Assembly (NCBI GenBank): GCA_964016885.1
Contig: OZ024755.1
Coordinates: forward strand, 32,922,001-32,986,000
Direction: 5' to 3'
DNA: 64,000 bases
Origin: Eledone cirrhosa
Lineage: Eukaryota
Both the position numbers and the translations under genes were made by a program. Below, piece after piece: positions 42,731 to 55,889 of this stretch. The stretch's first letter is position 1. Each line of letters starts with the position of its first letter. The notes below the pieces were generated by a model that was not told the origin of the DNA, did no database searches, and worked only from the letters and a program-made list of their open reading frames with translations.

Positions 42731-43325
42731 TGCTGTGGTTTCCACTCTGCCCACCAGGGGCTGTAGGGCGGCCAGCTCGTCTGACCGCATTTGCTCACTA
42801 TACGATGACGGTGGGAGTTCGGCTCTTCTGTATTCGGACACATTGCACCCGTCAAGAGTGTATTTTCATATTTAGTTGTTACTGTTGTTATAGAGAAATC
42901 TTCAAATGAAGATAGGGTGTTCTTGTATATAAGGTTACATCTTAGAGCCAGTCTTCACAACAAGAAAGATGAACAGACCTCTTCAACTCTTAATTTTAAA
43001 TTTTAAATTTTTAATTCTTTTTAATTGTAATATTCAACATTACAGCAAATAATTAACCGTTGATGAATTTGTTTTGCAAGTTTTTTTTTTAATATGAAAT
43101 CATGTGTTGAAACAAATATTATTATATTTGGAGATGATTCATGTTATAGTATTGCCTGAAATATATAATAAAACACACTCACTGTTTAGTTGAGGTTGTA
43201 ATTCGCTAGTTTATATATAACATAGATGAATTTATCAGTAATAACAGTATTGATATGTTTGCCACCTACTACGATATCATTTCATTTCATTTCATTTTAC
43301 GTCCGTTTTTCCTCTGCTTGCAAGG

Positions 43326-43835
43326 GCCTGGATTTCGTCTATTGTCCAATTGAGTATTCCAAATGTTGGTGTTAGGACAGGTACAGCAAAAACATTGTGA
43401 GCCACTGTTTTGTTTTGCACAGAGAGTTCCGATGACCATATTTTTCTTAATCGGGTGTAGTATTCCCTGGTTACGCATTCCTTATTACAGATACCATTAT
43501 AGGATATGTTCTCATCTATCCCCAGGTATCTGTAGCAGTCCTCATCAGATATTGGTGAAACAGTTAGGCCATTGATGACAATGTTGCTAGATTGGGTTGT
43601 TGTTTTCCCCCGCTTTACAGTCATATATGAGCATTTATCTTGGCCAAACTCCATTCCTATATCCTTTGAGAACGTTGTAACCAGGTCAAGATTTTTCTTC
43701 ATCCCATCTTTGTTCTAGGTATAGAGTGGATCATCCACAAAGAAATTATGGGTTAGGTTCGTATTTCTGTCCTCCTGTGAGCCAATGATGTATCCTTCAC
43801 ATTTCTTGAGCAGAAAGGACAAGGGATTTAACAGG
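43326..43835 (-). pseudogene. Dong/R4-like non-LTR reverse transcriptase fragment
   Basis: THNFFVDD..., FSKDIGMEFGQDKC, YRYLGI and NKTVAHNVFAVPVL; truncated by a SINE B tail at 43277-43326. Confidence 0.7.
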
Positions 43836-43871
43836 TAAAAGAGTAAAAGAGTAATATATATATATATATAT

Positions 43872-44126
43872 ATACGTCATAACTTCTGGAGTTCGCAACC
43901 GATTTTCACAAAACTTGACACATGGGTTACGTTTGTCCTACAGATGAATGTGAACTCTCAGAATTTGCACATATTGAGTAGGCGACCCCTGGGGTCAGGA
44001 ACCCCCTTTTGGAAAAAGCCGATGATTTTGTAAAAGTATAGTTTTCGAAGCAGCACTGAAGTATTGACATAAATGGTATACACAACTGCTATTTAATACC
44101 CGAGCAACGCCGTGTACCTCTGCTAG
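43872..44126 (+). mobile_element. Non-autonomous Helitron fragment
   Basis: Ends cccgagcaacgccgtgtacctctgCTAG|T, similar to the 16814 terminus. Confidence 0.65.
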
Positions 44127-44177
44127 TATATATATATACACACATATATATATACACACACACATATATATATATAT

Positions 44178-44440
44178 CATCATCATCAACGTTTAACGTC
44201 CGTGTTCCACGCTTGCATGGGTTTGGACGGGGGTTTTCCCACTTGAGGCAAGAGTGATTGTCTTGCTCGCATAGGACTGTCTGGCAGGTTTTCTACAGTT
44301 GGATGCCCTTCCTAACACCAACCACATTTACAGTGTGGGTCTGGGAGGTTTTTACCGTGTTGCCTACACGGCGACATTACAGCGTGGACTGTGTGTTTTT
44401 TTGTCGTGACACCTACACGATCTCATTTTGTTTCGGTCTG
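44178..44440 (-). mobile_element. SINE B-related 3' portion
   Basis: Matches 13768-14030. Confidence 0.8.
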
Positions 44441-44539
44441 GATGGTGTGGCACCAACATAACTTTACATAGAAGGGGGCGGTGTGGATGGGGTGGGGGAT
44501 GGGGGTGGGGGGGTGGGGGGGGGGGGGGGGGGGGTGTAG

Positions 44540-45000
44540 TAGGTTTTACTTTGTATTTAGGTAAGGCGGGTCTTCTCTATTACTGAGTACCGCCAAAGGT
44601 CTCGGTCCAGTGACATTGTCTTGGTGAGGTGTAAGTGTGTGAGGTCGGAGTTTATCAGCTCGTCCCAGGTTTTTCTGGGTCTGCCTATTCCGTGGCTACC
44701 GTCTATCTTTATTGCCCTGCACTTTGTTATACAGCTATCGTCCTTCATGCGCATCACGTGACTATACCAATGTAGCCTTCTCTTGAGTAAACAACATCTG
44801 ATCCCTCTTATTTCTAATTTTTTCCTTAGTTCGTTTATGCTTTGTCGTTCACGTATATTACTATTACACATCCAGCGGAGCATGCAAGCTTCGTTCCTCT
44901 CTAGTCTGCGTATATCCTCTGCACACAATGCCCAGGTCTCACTGCCATGCAACATTGGTGTTCGTATGCAGGCATCATACAACCTGCCTTTCATTTTTAG
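44540..45000 (-). pseudogene. RTE-clade LINE ORF C-terminus
   Basis: [20 protein letters not shown]...MLRWMC...[11 protein letters not shown]...GRPRKTW. Confidence 0.85.
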
Positions 45001-45135
45001 GATATATGTATATATATATACACACACACATATATATATATATGTATATATACACACACATATTTATATATATACATACATACATATATATACATACATA
45101 TATGTATATATACACACACATATTTATATATATAC

Positions 45136-45169
<34 letters not shown>

Positions 45170-45173
45170 ATAT

Positions 45174-45204
<31 letters not shown>

Positions 45205-45286
45205 CATACATATATATATATATATACACATATATATCATCATCATCATTTTACGTCCGCTTTTCCGTAAAATGATGATGATGATG

Positions 45287-45389
<103 letters not shown>

Positions 45390-45617
45390 CAATAAAAGCT
45401 GAGTTAATAACTCATGTTGATACCCTGTACTTAACAAGCTCGTAATTTTAGACACACAATTTACTGATTATTACTACATATATTATTATATATATGTATA
45501 TATATATATACATATGTATATATATATATATATGTATATATATGTATATATATATATATATATGTATTTATATATACATATATATATATGTACATATATG
45601 TATGTGTGTGTGTGTGT

Positions 45618-45723
45618 GTTGCATCATCATTTACCGACCCAAACCACCATACACAACCCATATATATGTATATATATATATGGGTTGTGTATGGTGGTTT
45701 GGGTCGGTAAATGATGACGCAAC
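45618..45723. repeat. Inverted repeat with 43-bp arms centred on (TA)n
   Basis: Arms 45618-45660 and 45681-45723 with one mismatch. Confidence 0.9.
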
Positions 45724-45777
45724 ATTAATTAAAGCACTGAACTCTAGTTCGGCCTTCTGTTGTTTTAACGAATGAAT

Positions 45778-45820
<43 letters not shown>

Positions 45821-46337
45821 TATATATATATTTATATATAAGTATGTATCAATAAATATATGTATGGATATGGATATATATATTTACTAATGCATCTGTC
45901 TATGGACATATTACTACAAAGTAATTATATAGTAGTGATAAAATCTTTCCTCAAATTAGACAAACACTGTAGGGAGATTGCAGAATCATTTCATCGACTT
46001 CTGCAATGGGGAGAAGATGTGAGATATGTATTAGTTAAGGCTTCATAACAGCTATAACCTTATGCTTGATCTTTCACATCTAGTGGTCAACCAGAATTTA
46101 ATCAGATAGGACCTAGAAAGCCCCACAACTGATATGCATTCAAAGAAAGTTAATATACATCGTCATAAACATGAATTTTAAAACTAACAACGATATCACC
46201 TGATGGTATTTAACTATAGTACAGTTTTAAGAGTACAAATCTACAATTAGAAGCAAAATCTTGATAGAAAATTTGTAAAATATAATTTAGAAATTTTAAA
46301 CAAATGTTATTGTTCGTGTTTATCCATAAACCGACCG

Positions 46338-46500
46338 ATCTACAAACCTACCTACCTGTCTACAGACCTACCTATATATCTACAGACCTACCTACTTGTC
46401 TACAGACCTACCTATATATCTACAGACCTACCTACCTGTCTACAGACCTACCTATATATCTACAGACCTGTCTACCTGTCTACAGACCTACCTACCTACC
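46338..46500. repeat. 20-bp minisatellite (tctacagacctacctacctg/tata)
   Basis: About 8 copies. Confidence 0.85.
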
Positions 46501-46510
46501 TTCCTATCTA

Positions 46511-47558
46511 TCTATATATATACTACTAAAACTCTGTGATTGCTTGCTTGCTTATCTGTAATGTCATACAGCCAAAAGGGCACATAATGGGAAAATACTT
46601 TGAAAGGAAGTTGACCCTGACATGGGAATACAAATGGAATAAAACAAGTTTCGCGTAAATCGAAGCACGTGTTCCCAAGATATCGGGGTTTTCTGGGTAC
46701 CTTCATAAATAGCCAAAACGGTGCATAATGGAAAAATACTCCAAAAGTAACATAACCCTGCATACCTTCATAAATAGCGAAAATGGTGCATAATGGGAAA
46801 ATACTCCGAAAGACAAATAACCCTGAAATGGGAATACAAATGGAATAAAACAAGTTTGGTGTAAATCAGACATAGACAATATTTTCATTATTCAAAAAAT
46901 ATTTCAAAGTGAATAGGATTTTTAAAAATACATAAAAAAAATTTTTTTCCAGTGATTTGTCAGTGAATATTATTTCAAAAATACAAGTTGTTTGTACTTT
47001 AAATATCTATATTTCAGCTTTCTTTCAACAGATGATATTTTAATTACTAATAAAAAAACATTTTAAAGTGAATATGACTGAAAATTACGAGTTGTGCAAT
47101 GCTTTATCATATATGTACTGTGTGTATAGTGCACGTGTGATTATGTCTTCTCTTTAAATTAATACAGCCAAAACGACGCATAATGGGAAAACACTTAGAA
47201 AGGAAATTGTCCCTGAAATGGGAATACAAATGTAATAAAACAAGTTTCGCGTAAATTGGAGCATGGGTTCCCGAGATATGGAGTTTTTCCAGGTACCTTC
47301 ATAAATAGAGAGAGAGAAAGATAGAGAGAAAGAGATAGTGGTTGTGAGAGAGAAAGATAGAGAGAAAGAGATAGTGGTTGTGAGAGAGAAAGATAGAGAG
47401 AAAGAGATAGTGGTTGTGAGAGAGTAGATTGAAAATTTCATTTTACATTATACACATGACTGTATATATTTTAATTATTTAAACATTATCTTTAAGTGAA
47501 CATCATTTAAAAAAATATTTTAAAGTGAACGTCACCCAACGGGTCACGGATGATCTAG
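46511..47558 (+). mobile_element. Apparently complete non-autonomous Helitron, ~1.05 kb
   Basis: 5' end A|TCtatatatatactactaaaa; 3' hairpin cgtcacccaacgggtcacg followed by gatgatCTAG|T; internal repeats. Confidence 0.65.
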
Positions 47559-47962
47559 TTAATATCTAAATGCATTAGGTTATTTATCACAGTTTCTTGC
47601 AGAACCCCTAGCAACCTCTTGCGGAACTCTAGGGTTTCGGGAAACACCGGTTGAGAAACGCTGTTCTAATGTTTGTTACAGTTAAGAAAACAAGGGCTTG
47701 TTGAAAATTATAGTAACTAGTGTATTTTCCACATACACGATGCTGCGTTGCTGTGACAGGACAAGAGCTGGTAATCTGCTCCCTGGTAGTTTGGTACTGT
47801 ATTAACTAAGCTAGTTGTGATTATCAATATGTTAAATAAACAGTTTAATCCGAGGAATGAATCTGATGTGTTGAGTCTGCTAAATTAAAAACAAACATGA
47901 TTTGCTTTAAGTAACAATGGTAACCTTAGCGGCTGCTGCTTCATTCCATTGAATGACAAAAG

Positions 47963-48150
47963 GACATGGTGAGGGTGGAGATGGATGTGACATGGTGAGG
48001 GTGGAGATGGATGTGACATGGTGAGGGTGGAGATGGATGTGACATGGTGAGGGTGGAGATGGATGTGACATGGTGAGGGTGGAGATGGATGTGACATGGT
48101 GAGGGTGGAGATGGATGTGACATGGTGAGGGTGGAGATGGATGTGACATG
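47963..48150. repeat. 26-bp minisatellite gacatggtgagggtggagatggatgt, 7.2 copies
   Basis: Perfect copies. Confidence 0.95.
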
Positions 48151-48978
48151 TAAGTGAGAGTGACTAACAGACAATATATGCTGTTGTGATGAAATAATAT
48201 ATATAGGAATAACTGATGTGGTGTGTCCAAGGAGCAGAGGCAGGTGTAGAAATAGTAGAGTGAAGGCGACATAGTATAGTCTGGAATAAAGTATTTAGTG
48301 GAGGTAGGTTAGGGTAATGGAGAAAAGATTTAGATATGGAATGAGCAGCAGAGAAAATGTAGTGTAGTGTTAACAATCGTAAAATAAATAATAGTAAGGG
48401 AGCTGAGTTGTATGAATACAAAAGATGTAGGAGTTGAAATAAGCAGTAGTGAAGGGCAGGAATGGAAGACGCCGAATGAAAGATTATAAAACGAAGAAAT
48501 ACGGAACAAATGGTGTTGGACTGGAATCTTTGTATAAGAAATGAAAAAATACCAGATGAGAATATGAAAGCAGCAGTCATGGAAGAAGATTATTAACAAA
48601 GAATAAGATTTTCAAAAGCAATCATGAATTTCAGGTTTAGCATGAAGTAACTTTTCACTTTAAGAATATTTGAAGACTAATATATACATGCTTCTACTCA
48701 GAACTCTGGTAGATAAAGATGTAAAGCATTGTCAATACAAATAATCTTGTCTGAAGTTCCAAAAGCCTCACAGCAATTCATTTATATATATGTAACACGT
48801 TCTATACAACAAAAGACACCCTGTAAATTCCTAATATTCATAAAATCAAACCCTCATCACAGCTCTGTATTTCCAGTTTGCTTACTTTACACACACACAT
48901 ATATATACTTCTTAGCAAGGAAAATGAAAAAAACTTACCACTTAATTTTAAATATTTAGTTTTTAATTCTTTTTAATT

Positions 48979-49039
48979 GTAATACTCAACATTTGATAAG
49001 ATGAATTTTAATAATACATCGAAACCGGTAATACTTTAC
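48979..49039 (+). ncRNA. Hammerhead-like motif with a U3-A8 core
   Basis: TTGATAA-gatg.aattttaataata.catc-GAAAC-cg-GTA; palindromic ACCGGT; weak stem I. Confidence 0.35.
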
Positions 49040-49230
49040 ATACATTAAAAAACTCTTTTTAAAAAGAATTGTCCCTCTCCTTTTTTCAATAATGTCACTT
49101 TGACGAATCAAAAAAAGGAAAAACAAAAACAAAAAACAGACCCTAAATTATATTTTCCGTGTTATTTCCAACTTCACCTTCTCTCTCTGTATGTGTGTGT
49201 GTATATATAGTCTTCAAATTTTATTATTAT

Positions 49231-49274
<44 letters not shown>

Positions 49275-49616
49275 ATAATAATAAATTTGAAGACTAAAAT
49301 CCAAAGAGGGCTCGATAAGGATAAATATATATCAAATATATAAGAACCGTAGAGCAAATATTTATTAAAATAACAGATTATATATATATATATATATATA
49401 TATATGATAGCGTAAGGTCTTCAAAATGGTTTTAATTAAACATACGGTATATTGCCAAATATACTATACATACATTCATGTATACATCGCTATTTCAGAG
49501 CACCAATCCTAATACCTAATTTTTGCTGGACCGGCAATTGCTCTGTGTAATCAGCTCCTGATTATTGCTGGAGTTCTATAAGAATCCAGCTTCTATAATT
49601 TTTGGCGAAAGTATGT

Positions 49617-49658
49617 GGCTCTGATGAACGCCAACCAGCATGAAACAGACTGTCAGCT
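49617..49658 (+). ncRNA. Minimal type I hammerhead motif
   Basis: ggct-CTGATGA-acgc.caacca.gcat-GAAAC-agact-GTC|agct. Confidence 0.7.
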
Positions 49659-49733
49659 TCTCTCCCTTCTTTCACCGAAAAGAAGTGACATAGTCACTAC
49701 ATTAAAACTGATAGTGTATGGTCTTCTAAATGA

Positions 49734-49790
<57 letters not shown>

Positions 49791-49792
<2 letters not shown>

Positions 49793-50130
49793 AGGCACAT
49801 GGCTTAGTGGTTAGAGCATTGGCCTTGCAATCAAAAAATTGTGAGTTCAATTCTCAGACCGGGTGATGTGTTGTTTCCTTGAGCAAGACACTTTATTTCA
49901 CATTTCTCCAGTTTACTCAGCTGTAGAAATGAGATGATAGGGACAGGGATCCCTATCATTCCACTGCAAAGTGGTCGTGGAGGTGCCACGGCAAAAAAGC
50001 CCCCAGCACTCACTGTAAATGAGGTTGGTGTTAGGAAGGGCATCCAGCTGTAGAAATCAAGCCAGAATCAGTTCCCGTCCCACCCTTGCAAGCAGGGAAA
50101 AGCGGACATAAAATGAAATGAATGAATGAA
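49791..50130 (+). mobile_element. SINE B, full length
   Basis: Head ggaggcacatggcttagtggttagagc...gagttcaattctc; CORE-like ccttgagcaagacactt. Confidence 0.92.
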
Positions 50131-50131
50131 A

Positions 50132-50319
50132 CAGTGAAATTCCGCTATAAAGGAATTCACGGGGTATAAAAAAAAATTTGTTGTAACGAAAAATTCTTTA
50201 TAACGAAATCGACTGACACAAATCAAGCCTTTGTTTGTTACTACATCGGTGATTGAAAAAAATTTTGTTATACTGAAAAATTCGTTATAATGGTATTCAT
50301 TATAACGGAACTTTACCTG
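50132..50319. mobile_element. pogo/Tigger-like MITE
   Basis: TIRs cagtgaaattccgctataa and ttataacggaactttacctg. Confidence 0.65.
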
Positions 50320-50989
50320 CAATTGTAATAATTTCATCTCAAATTGAAGACCAGAAAGAAATATATTCCTAGTGTGTAGCACTTGCTACACTAGGAATAT
50401 ATTTGGGGGGGGGGGGCGAAAGGGCTGGGGGTTGTGGAGTATACGTGGCAGTTTTAATAAGGATGTAGTATAGTTTATGTGAAAAACCTCACCGTCATTA
50501 CAGCTAATTACATTCGCCAGATCTAGAAGTAATGAAAACGCAAACTGACTTCAGCAGGATTCAATACTCAAATATAAGGTACTAGTGCAATTTCACCTCC
50601 TGAAACAATTCATTATAACCTCATTGAAAACAGAAAAAAAAAAAATCCGCATTTTTTTTTGTGTAGTTTAAGGCGTGGTTTTTCAGTTTTTGTAGCCTGG
50701 AAATTGTTCAAAATGTCCCAATAAGGGTTAATTTATTGAAAGTAAAGCATGTAAAAAACGAAATAAATACAATATAAAATCAATTGAAAGAAATGCTGTC
50801 AATGTCAACAGATTTCTTCTAATTGGAATTTATCAAGAAATCGATAAAGCAAGTCGTTGACTCCCTAATAATGGCCGTTTCCTATGAATTATAGCAACTT
50901 CTCTTCCTTAATCGTGAACATAAGTAAATACCTTAAACTTAGATATATAGCTTTAATGTAAGATAGCAAATGTCAAACAACAGAGCGGT

Positions 50990-51590
50990 GGAGAGAGAGA
51001 TAGAGGGTGTGAGAGAGAGGGTGTGAGAGAGAGAGGGGGAGGGTGAGAGATAGAGGGGGAGGGATATAGAGTGTGAGAGGGTAGGGGTGAGAGAGAGGGT
51101 GAGAGAGGGAGAGGGTGGGAGAGAGAGAGGGAGAGAGGGTGAGGGAGAGGAAGGGTGAGAGGGAGGCTGAGAGAGAGGGTGAGAAAGAGGGGGGAAGAAG
51201 GAAAACAGAGAAAAAGAATTAGAAAACAAGGAATAAATGAGGAAAAGAAGAAAGAAGAAAGGAAGAATGAAAAAAGAAATTAAAGAGAGAGAGAGAAAAA
51301 ATGAGGAAAAGAAAGGAAGAAAAAAGAAAAGGAAGAAAAAAGAAAAAGAGGAAATAAAAGATAGAGTAAAGAAAAAGGAAAGAAAGAGTAAAGTAAAGGG
51401 AGAAAAAAGAAAAGAGGAAAGGAAAGGAAGAAAAAAGAAAAGAAAGAGGAAAGGAAGAAAAAAGAAAAGAAAGAGGAAAAGGAGAAAAAAGAAAAGAAAG
51501 CGAAAGAAAGAGGAAAGAATGAGAAAGTCTAGAAATTGAAAAAAAGACAGTTAATAGAAAGAATGAAAAAAGAAAATGTGAAATAAGAGA
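50990..51590. repeat. Polypurine GA/GAAA tract
   Basis: Seen directly. Confidence 0.9.
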
Positions 51591-52560
51591 AAATGTTTGT
51601 CATTTTTTAAAGCCATTTTGAGAGCAAACCGCCTGAAACTGGTCTGGACTTAGGATATAAAACTGGTCATTTTAAAATATCTATCCTGTCATATTTAAAA
51701 AAAATTTAGTTAGGAGGAAAGTAACAAAAAAAAAAAAACCATAATAATAACACACATTCCCAGGTAACTAACTTTTTCGTTACCTTCATCTTACTTTTCA
51801 TTTTGAATTGTTTAGCCTTATTAAATACTAGACCACCCAGCTGTAGAAATCAAGCCAGAATCAGTTCCCGTCCCACCCTTGCAAGCAGGGAAAAGCGGAC
51901 GTAAAATGATGATGATGATGAAACACAGACATACTTACAAAAATATACACTCACAGACATACATTCACACAAACATATATACATATATATATACATTTAC
52001 ACAAAAACACACATATTCACACACAGCGTAGCAAATGGAATGCCAGCCGCTGTTTTACTATAGGTTTTTCACTATCCCCTTCCTTCCTTTTATACACACA
52101 CACACACACACACACATAGTGTGTGACGAACGGACGGAAGTCGCTGAAATTTATATATCGATAGCATTATTTTCGTTGAGAACACATTTTTGTTGTGAAA
52201 GAACCTATATATATATTTTTTTCGGATCTGTCGAAACAGCAGGAGCTCAGCCGTCGGGGACCTGAATCTTTTCATATATATATAATGTGTGTGTCAAGAG
52301 AGATGGGGTTGTAAACAGATAGAGCTTTAGATATAACTATTTCTCTTCAGTGAGTCAATATTGTTGAAGATGATCAAAAATCTATTGATTTCTCTCCAAG
52401 AATATTACCGATATATATTTATTGATCACCCATAGGGATAAAAAGCGAAGTTAGCCCCTATGGGATTTGAACTCAAATCAATTCTCCAATGCTTGTGCTA
52501 GCAACACTGCTTTTACATATGGGTGTTTGTGTATGCATATATATATATATATATATAATA

Positions 52561-52935
52561 TCATCATCATCATTTCATTTTACGTCCGCTTTTCCCTGCT
52601 TGCAAGGGTGGGACGGGAACTGATTCTGGCTTGATTTCTACAGCTGGATACCCTTCCTAACACCAACCTCATTTACAGTGAGTGCTGGGTGCTTTTTTTG
52701 CCGTGGCACCCCCACGACCACTTTGCAGTGGAATGATAAGGACCCCAGTCCCTATCATCTCATTTCTACAGCTGAGTAAACTGGAGTAAAGTGTCTCGCT
52801 ACAGGAAACAACTCATCACCCGGTCTGAGAATTGAACTCACAACCTTTTGATTGCAAGCCCAATGCTCTAACCACTAAGCCACGCTCCTACCACTAAGCC
52901 ATGCTCTAACCACTAAGCCATGCTGTAACTACTAA
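52561..52935 (-). mobile_element. SINE B with a reiterated 5' end
   Basis: Matches the family; accactaagcca repeated three times plus a decayed fourth. Confidence 0.88.
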
Positions 52936-52971
52936 CCGCATTTATATTATATACTCATGCATATATTATTA

Positions 52972-53234
52972 AAGTCAGCTCAAAAGTGACACAGAGGAGA
53001 CTGAGGTTAGTTGGACATGCTCACCGACATCCAGAGTTGATACTGCACTCAGTGCCCCTGCATGGACAAACTGGAAGAGGAAGACCAAGGTTAACGTATG
53101 TTGATGCCCTAAGGACAGACACTGGTCTCTTGGAGACGCAAGACATGGCAGCGAAAATGAGGGACAGAGACCGCTGGAGAGAGCTCGTCCATGGATCTCA
53201 GGAATTTTACCCGCCCTAGATAGATAGATAGATA
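52972..53234 (+). mobile_element. RTE-like LINE 3' end with a (TAGA)n tail
   Basis: QRRLRLVGHAHRHPE...GRGRPRLTYVD...MRDRDRWRE. Confidence 0.85.
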
Positions 53235-53639
53235 CATATATTATTATATTATATTATAAGGCTAGGAAAAATTGTTTCCTTGAGCTATTTTAATTATAAG
53301 GGACTATTATGAGTTTTTAACTCAGTATATACTTTTGATATACTCATACATACGCGCGCGCATCAACATATTGAAAAAAATCCTAGTAAATAAAAATATA
53401 GGTTCTTTCTCAAAGAAAATAACGCTATATTATTTAAAAACATCAGGGTTTCTAGAACAGATTTTAGCTTATCTTATATTAACGTTAATCTATGTAAATA
53501 ATTCAAGTGCATTGGCCTAGCTTACAAATACTTTTAGTTTCTAAGCTTATTTCTGTATTAATATAAGCTGACACTGTTCCTATAGCTTGTAAAGTTATGC
53601 CAGACTTTAAATTTGCAGCTATATTTATTATGCCGCATG

Positions 53640-54130
53640 CATAAAGTAACATTGAGAATCTTCAATTCCTTTATATTTCTTCACTTCGATTTATCATCAT
53701 TATTCCCGCTACTAAATTCTTTCAACTTCTGCATTAAAGCGAGAAAATATCAAAGTTGAAATAGTACAGTCTCTAAGGTGTTTAAAGAAATTGTATCCAG
53801 AAGCGTCTTTATGTTGATAATCTTCACTCGGGAAAAGGTTCCATATCAGTTTTGTTGGTCCAGTCCAGCAAATTGATTTTTCAAAACTTGATATTCATCA
53901 GCAGATATAGGTTCTTTTGATGCCCCACCCCAACCACCTCCACACACACACACACACAGGAAAAAAACAACATTTTATCGATTTGGAAACTGAGTTGTAT
54001 TCTTCTACTAGTTGAAGAACATTTCTAACAGAGAAAAGCGATATATTTCTTTGAATTACAAAACTTTTCTGGTAATTTGTGTTTCAGCTATTTCAATACA
54101 CATGAAAGAAATTGCTGACTTCGCTTTATG
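53640..54130 (-). pseudogene. Decayed hAT-like transposase, C-terminal dimerisation region
   Basis: HKDASGYNFFKHLRDCTISTLIFSRFNAEVERI resembles the hAT SNAxxERxFS motif; stops and frameshifts. Confidence 0.55.
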
Positions 54131-54211
54131 CTCAATTATATATTATTTATAATATTATCTTGATTTTTTAATTTTTCAATATTATTTTAAGGCTTATAAT
54201 CTAAATAGTAA

Positions 54212-54872
54212 GGGTAAAGACACTCCTTCGATTACGAAGGGCCATGGGATTGGCACCTAGAAAGTTCCTCTCCAAGACACAAGTCCGGACAAGGTTGGTT
54301 GTTGAAAGCCAGCAGTCGCCCATACATATATATACAATATATATACACTATATATGATGTCCAAGAGAAAGGCAATGGCTGATACAGCTTGGCACCAGTA
54401 ACGTGACAACATATATATATATATATATATATACATTATATATACAATATATATACACTATATATGATGTCCAAGAGAAAGGCAATGGCTGATACAGCTT
54501 GGCACCAGTGACATGACAACATATATATATATACATATATATACATTATATATACACTATATATGATTATGCCCAAAGGAGAGGCAATGGCTGATACAGC
54601 TTGGCACCAGTGACATGACAACATATATATATATATATATACATTATATATACAATATATATACACTATATATGATTATGCCAAAGGAGAGGCAATGGCT
54701 GATACAGCTTGGCACCAGTGACATCGCAACACATTTCCACAGCTGAGTAAACTGGAGCAACGTGAAATAAAGTGTCTTATTCAGGGACACAACACATCAC
54801 TCACTCTGAGAATCGAACTCACAACCTCCCGATTGCAAGCCCGATGCTCTAACCACCAAGCTATGCACATTC
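54212..54872 (-). mobile_element. SINE C with four internal tandem copies of a ~110-120-bp segment
   Basis: aggcaatggctgatacagcttggcaccagt occurs four times, separated by (TA)n. Confidence 0.8.
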
Positions 54873-54907
54873 ATAATCTAAATAGTACTTAGTATCTAAA
54901 TATTCAT

Positions 54908-55480
54908 ATTCAGAATCGGTAGAGTGTCGGGTGAAAATGTTATTGCAGTATTTGTTCTGACTTTTTACATGCTGAGTTGAAATCTCACCAAAGTTGCCAA
55001 ATTAAACTACCAGTAATGTACTGGGTTTGATTTATTCAACTTCACCCTAACCTCAAATTTGCTGGCCTGGTGCCTAAATTAGAAACCAATATTACTAGTT
55101 AACATGCGAGACTATGGGTATGTGGTTAGAATGTCTCAGGAAAGAATCGCTGGACAGATTGTACGGGCAAAACCAGGGGTAGAACCCTCCCCCCAAAATC
55201 TGTTGGCCTTGTGCTTTAATCAGAAACCAATATTACTTCATACTAGGTCTGTGGATTGTCAGTAGCAGTAGGGTGTCGGATAACATGCTTCACGGTACAG
55301 AGTTGCGGCCCTTTACGTTCTGAGTTCAAATCCTTTCGAAGTTCGCTTTGTCTTTCATCCTTACGAGGGTCGATAAAACAGAGTACCAGTAATGCACTGG
55401 CGGTTGATTTAATCGACCCTCCCCTGCCCCCAATTGTTGGCCTTGTGCCTTAATCAGAAACCAATATTACTTCATACTAA
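54908..55480 (+). mobile_element. Old SINE A-like copies plus a short RTE fragment (55105-55175)
   Basis: Diverged family matches; the fragment matches 59830-59890 in reverse. Confidence 0.65.
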
Positions 55481-55889
55481 AATAAGGAACAGTAGCTGTA
55501 AGGTTAAGTATTGGACTATTGATTCGATATTAAAAAGCTCAGTTCTAACTACAGCCATAGTATTGTAATCGTGAACAAGGTACTTAACTTTATTTCCTTT
55601 TGTTTGCAGCCTATTGTTTTATTCAATTAGACAATCTTATTTCACAGATCAGTGATCTACTGTCTGATGGGCGTCTAGCTGTAAAAATAATTGCTAGAAC
55701 AAATGAAGGTGTCCCACACATGCAAGTATAGAAATAATATATTTGCCAGATTCATTGTTTTTAAATGAAAATCAAATAGGCTAATACTTTGTACACTGCA
55801 GCTTATAATATTTTACAGCCATATATGATAAGGGTTCATCATACAAAGTCTCCTCTATAGCACAGAAAGGACCCTCTCTGGAAAGATCT

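Noticed and set aside
47930-48156. Exon with multiplied splice donors in the 26-bp minisatellite
   Set aside because: The acceptor is weak and donor-like words are expected by chance
48160-48600. Decayed CR1-like LINE on the minus strand
   Set aside because: Only a compositional impression; no convincing motif was recovered
49791-49865. tRNA gene
   Set aside because: It is a tRNA-like SINE head continuing into SINE body, with no full cloverleaf; the same applies to the other copies
51237-51539. Lys/Arg-rich ORF
   Set aside because: It is the translation of a polypurine tract
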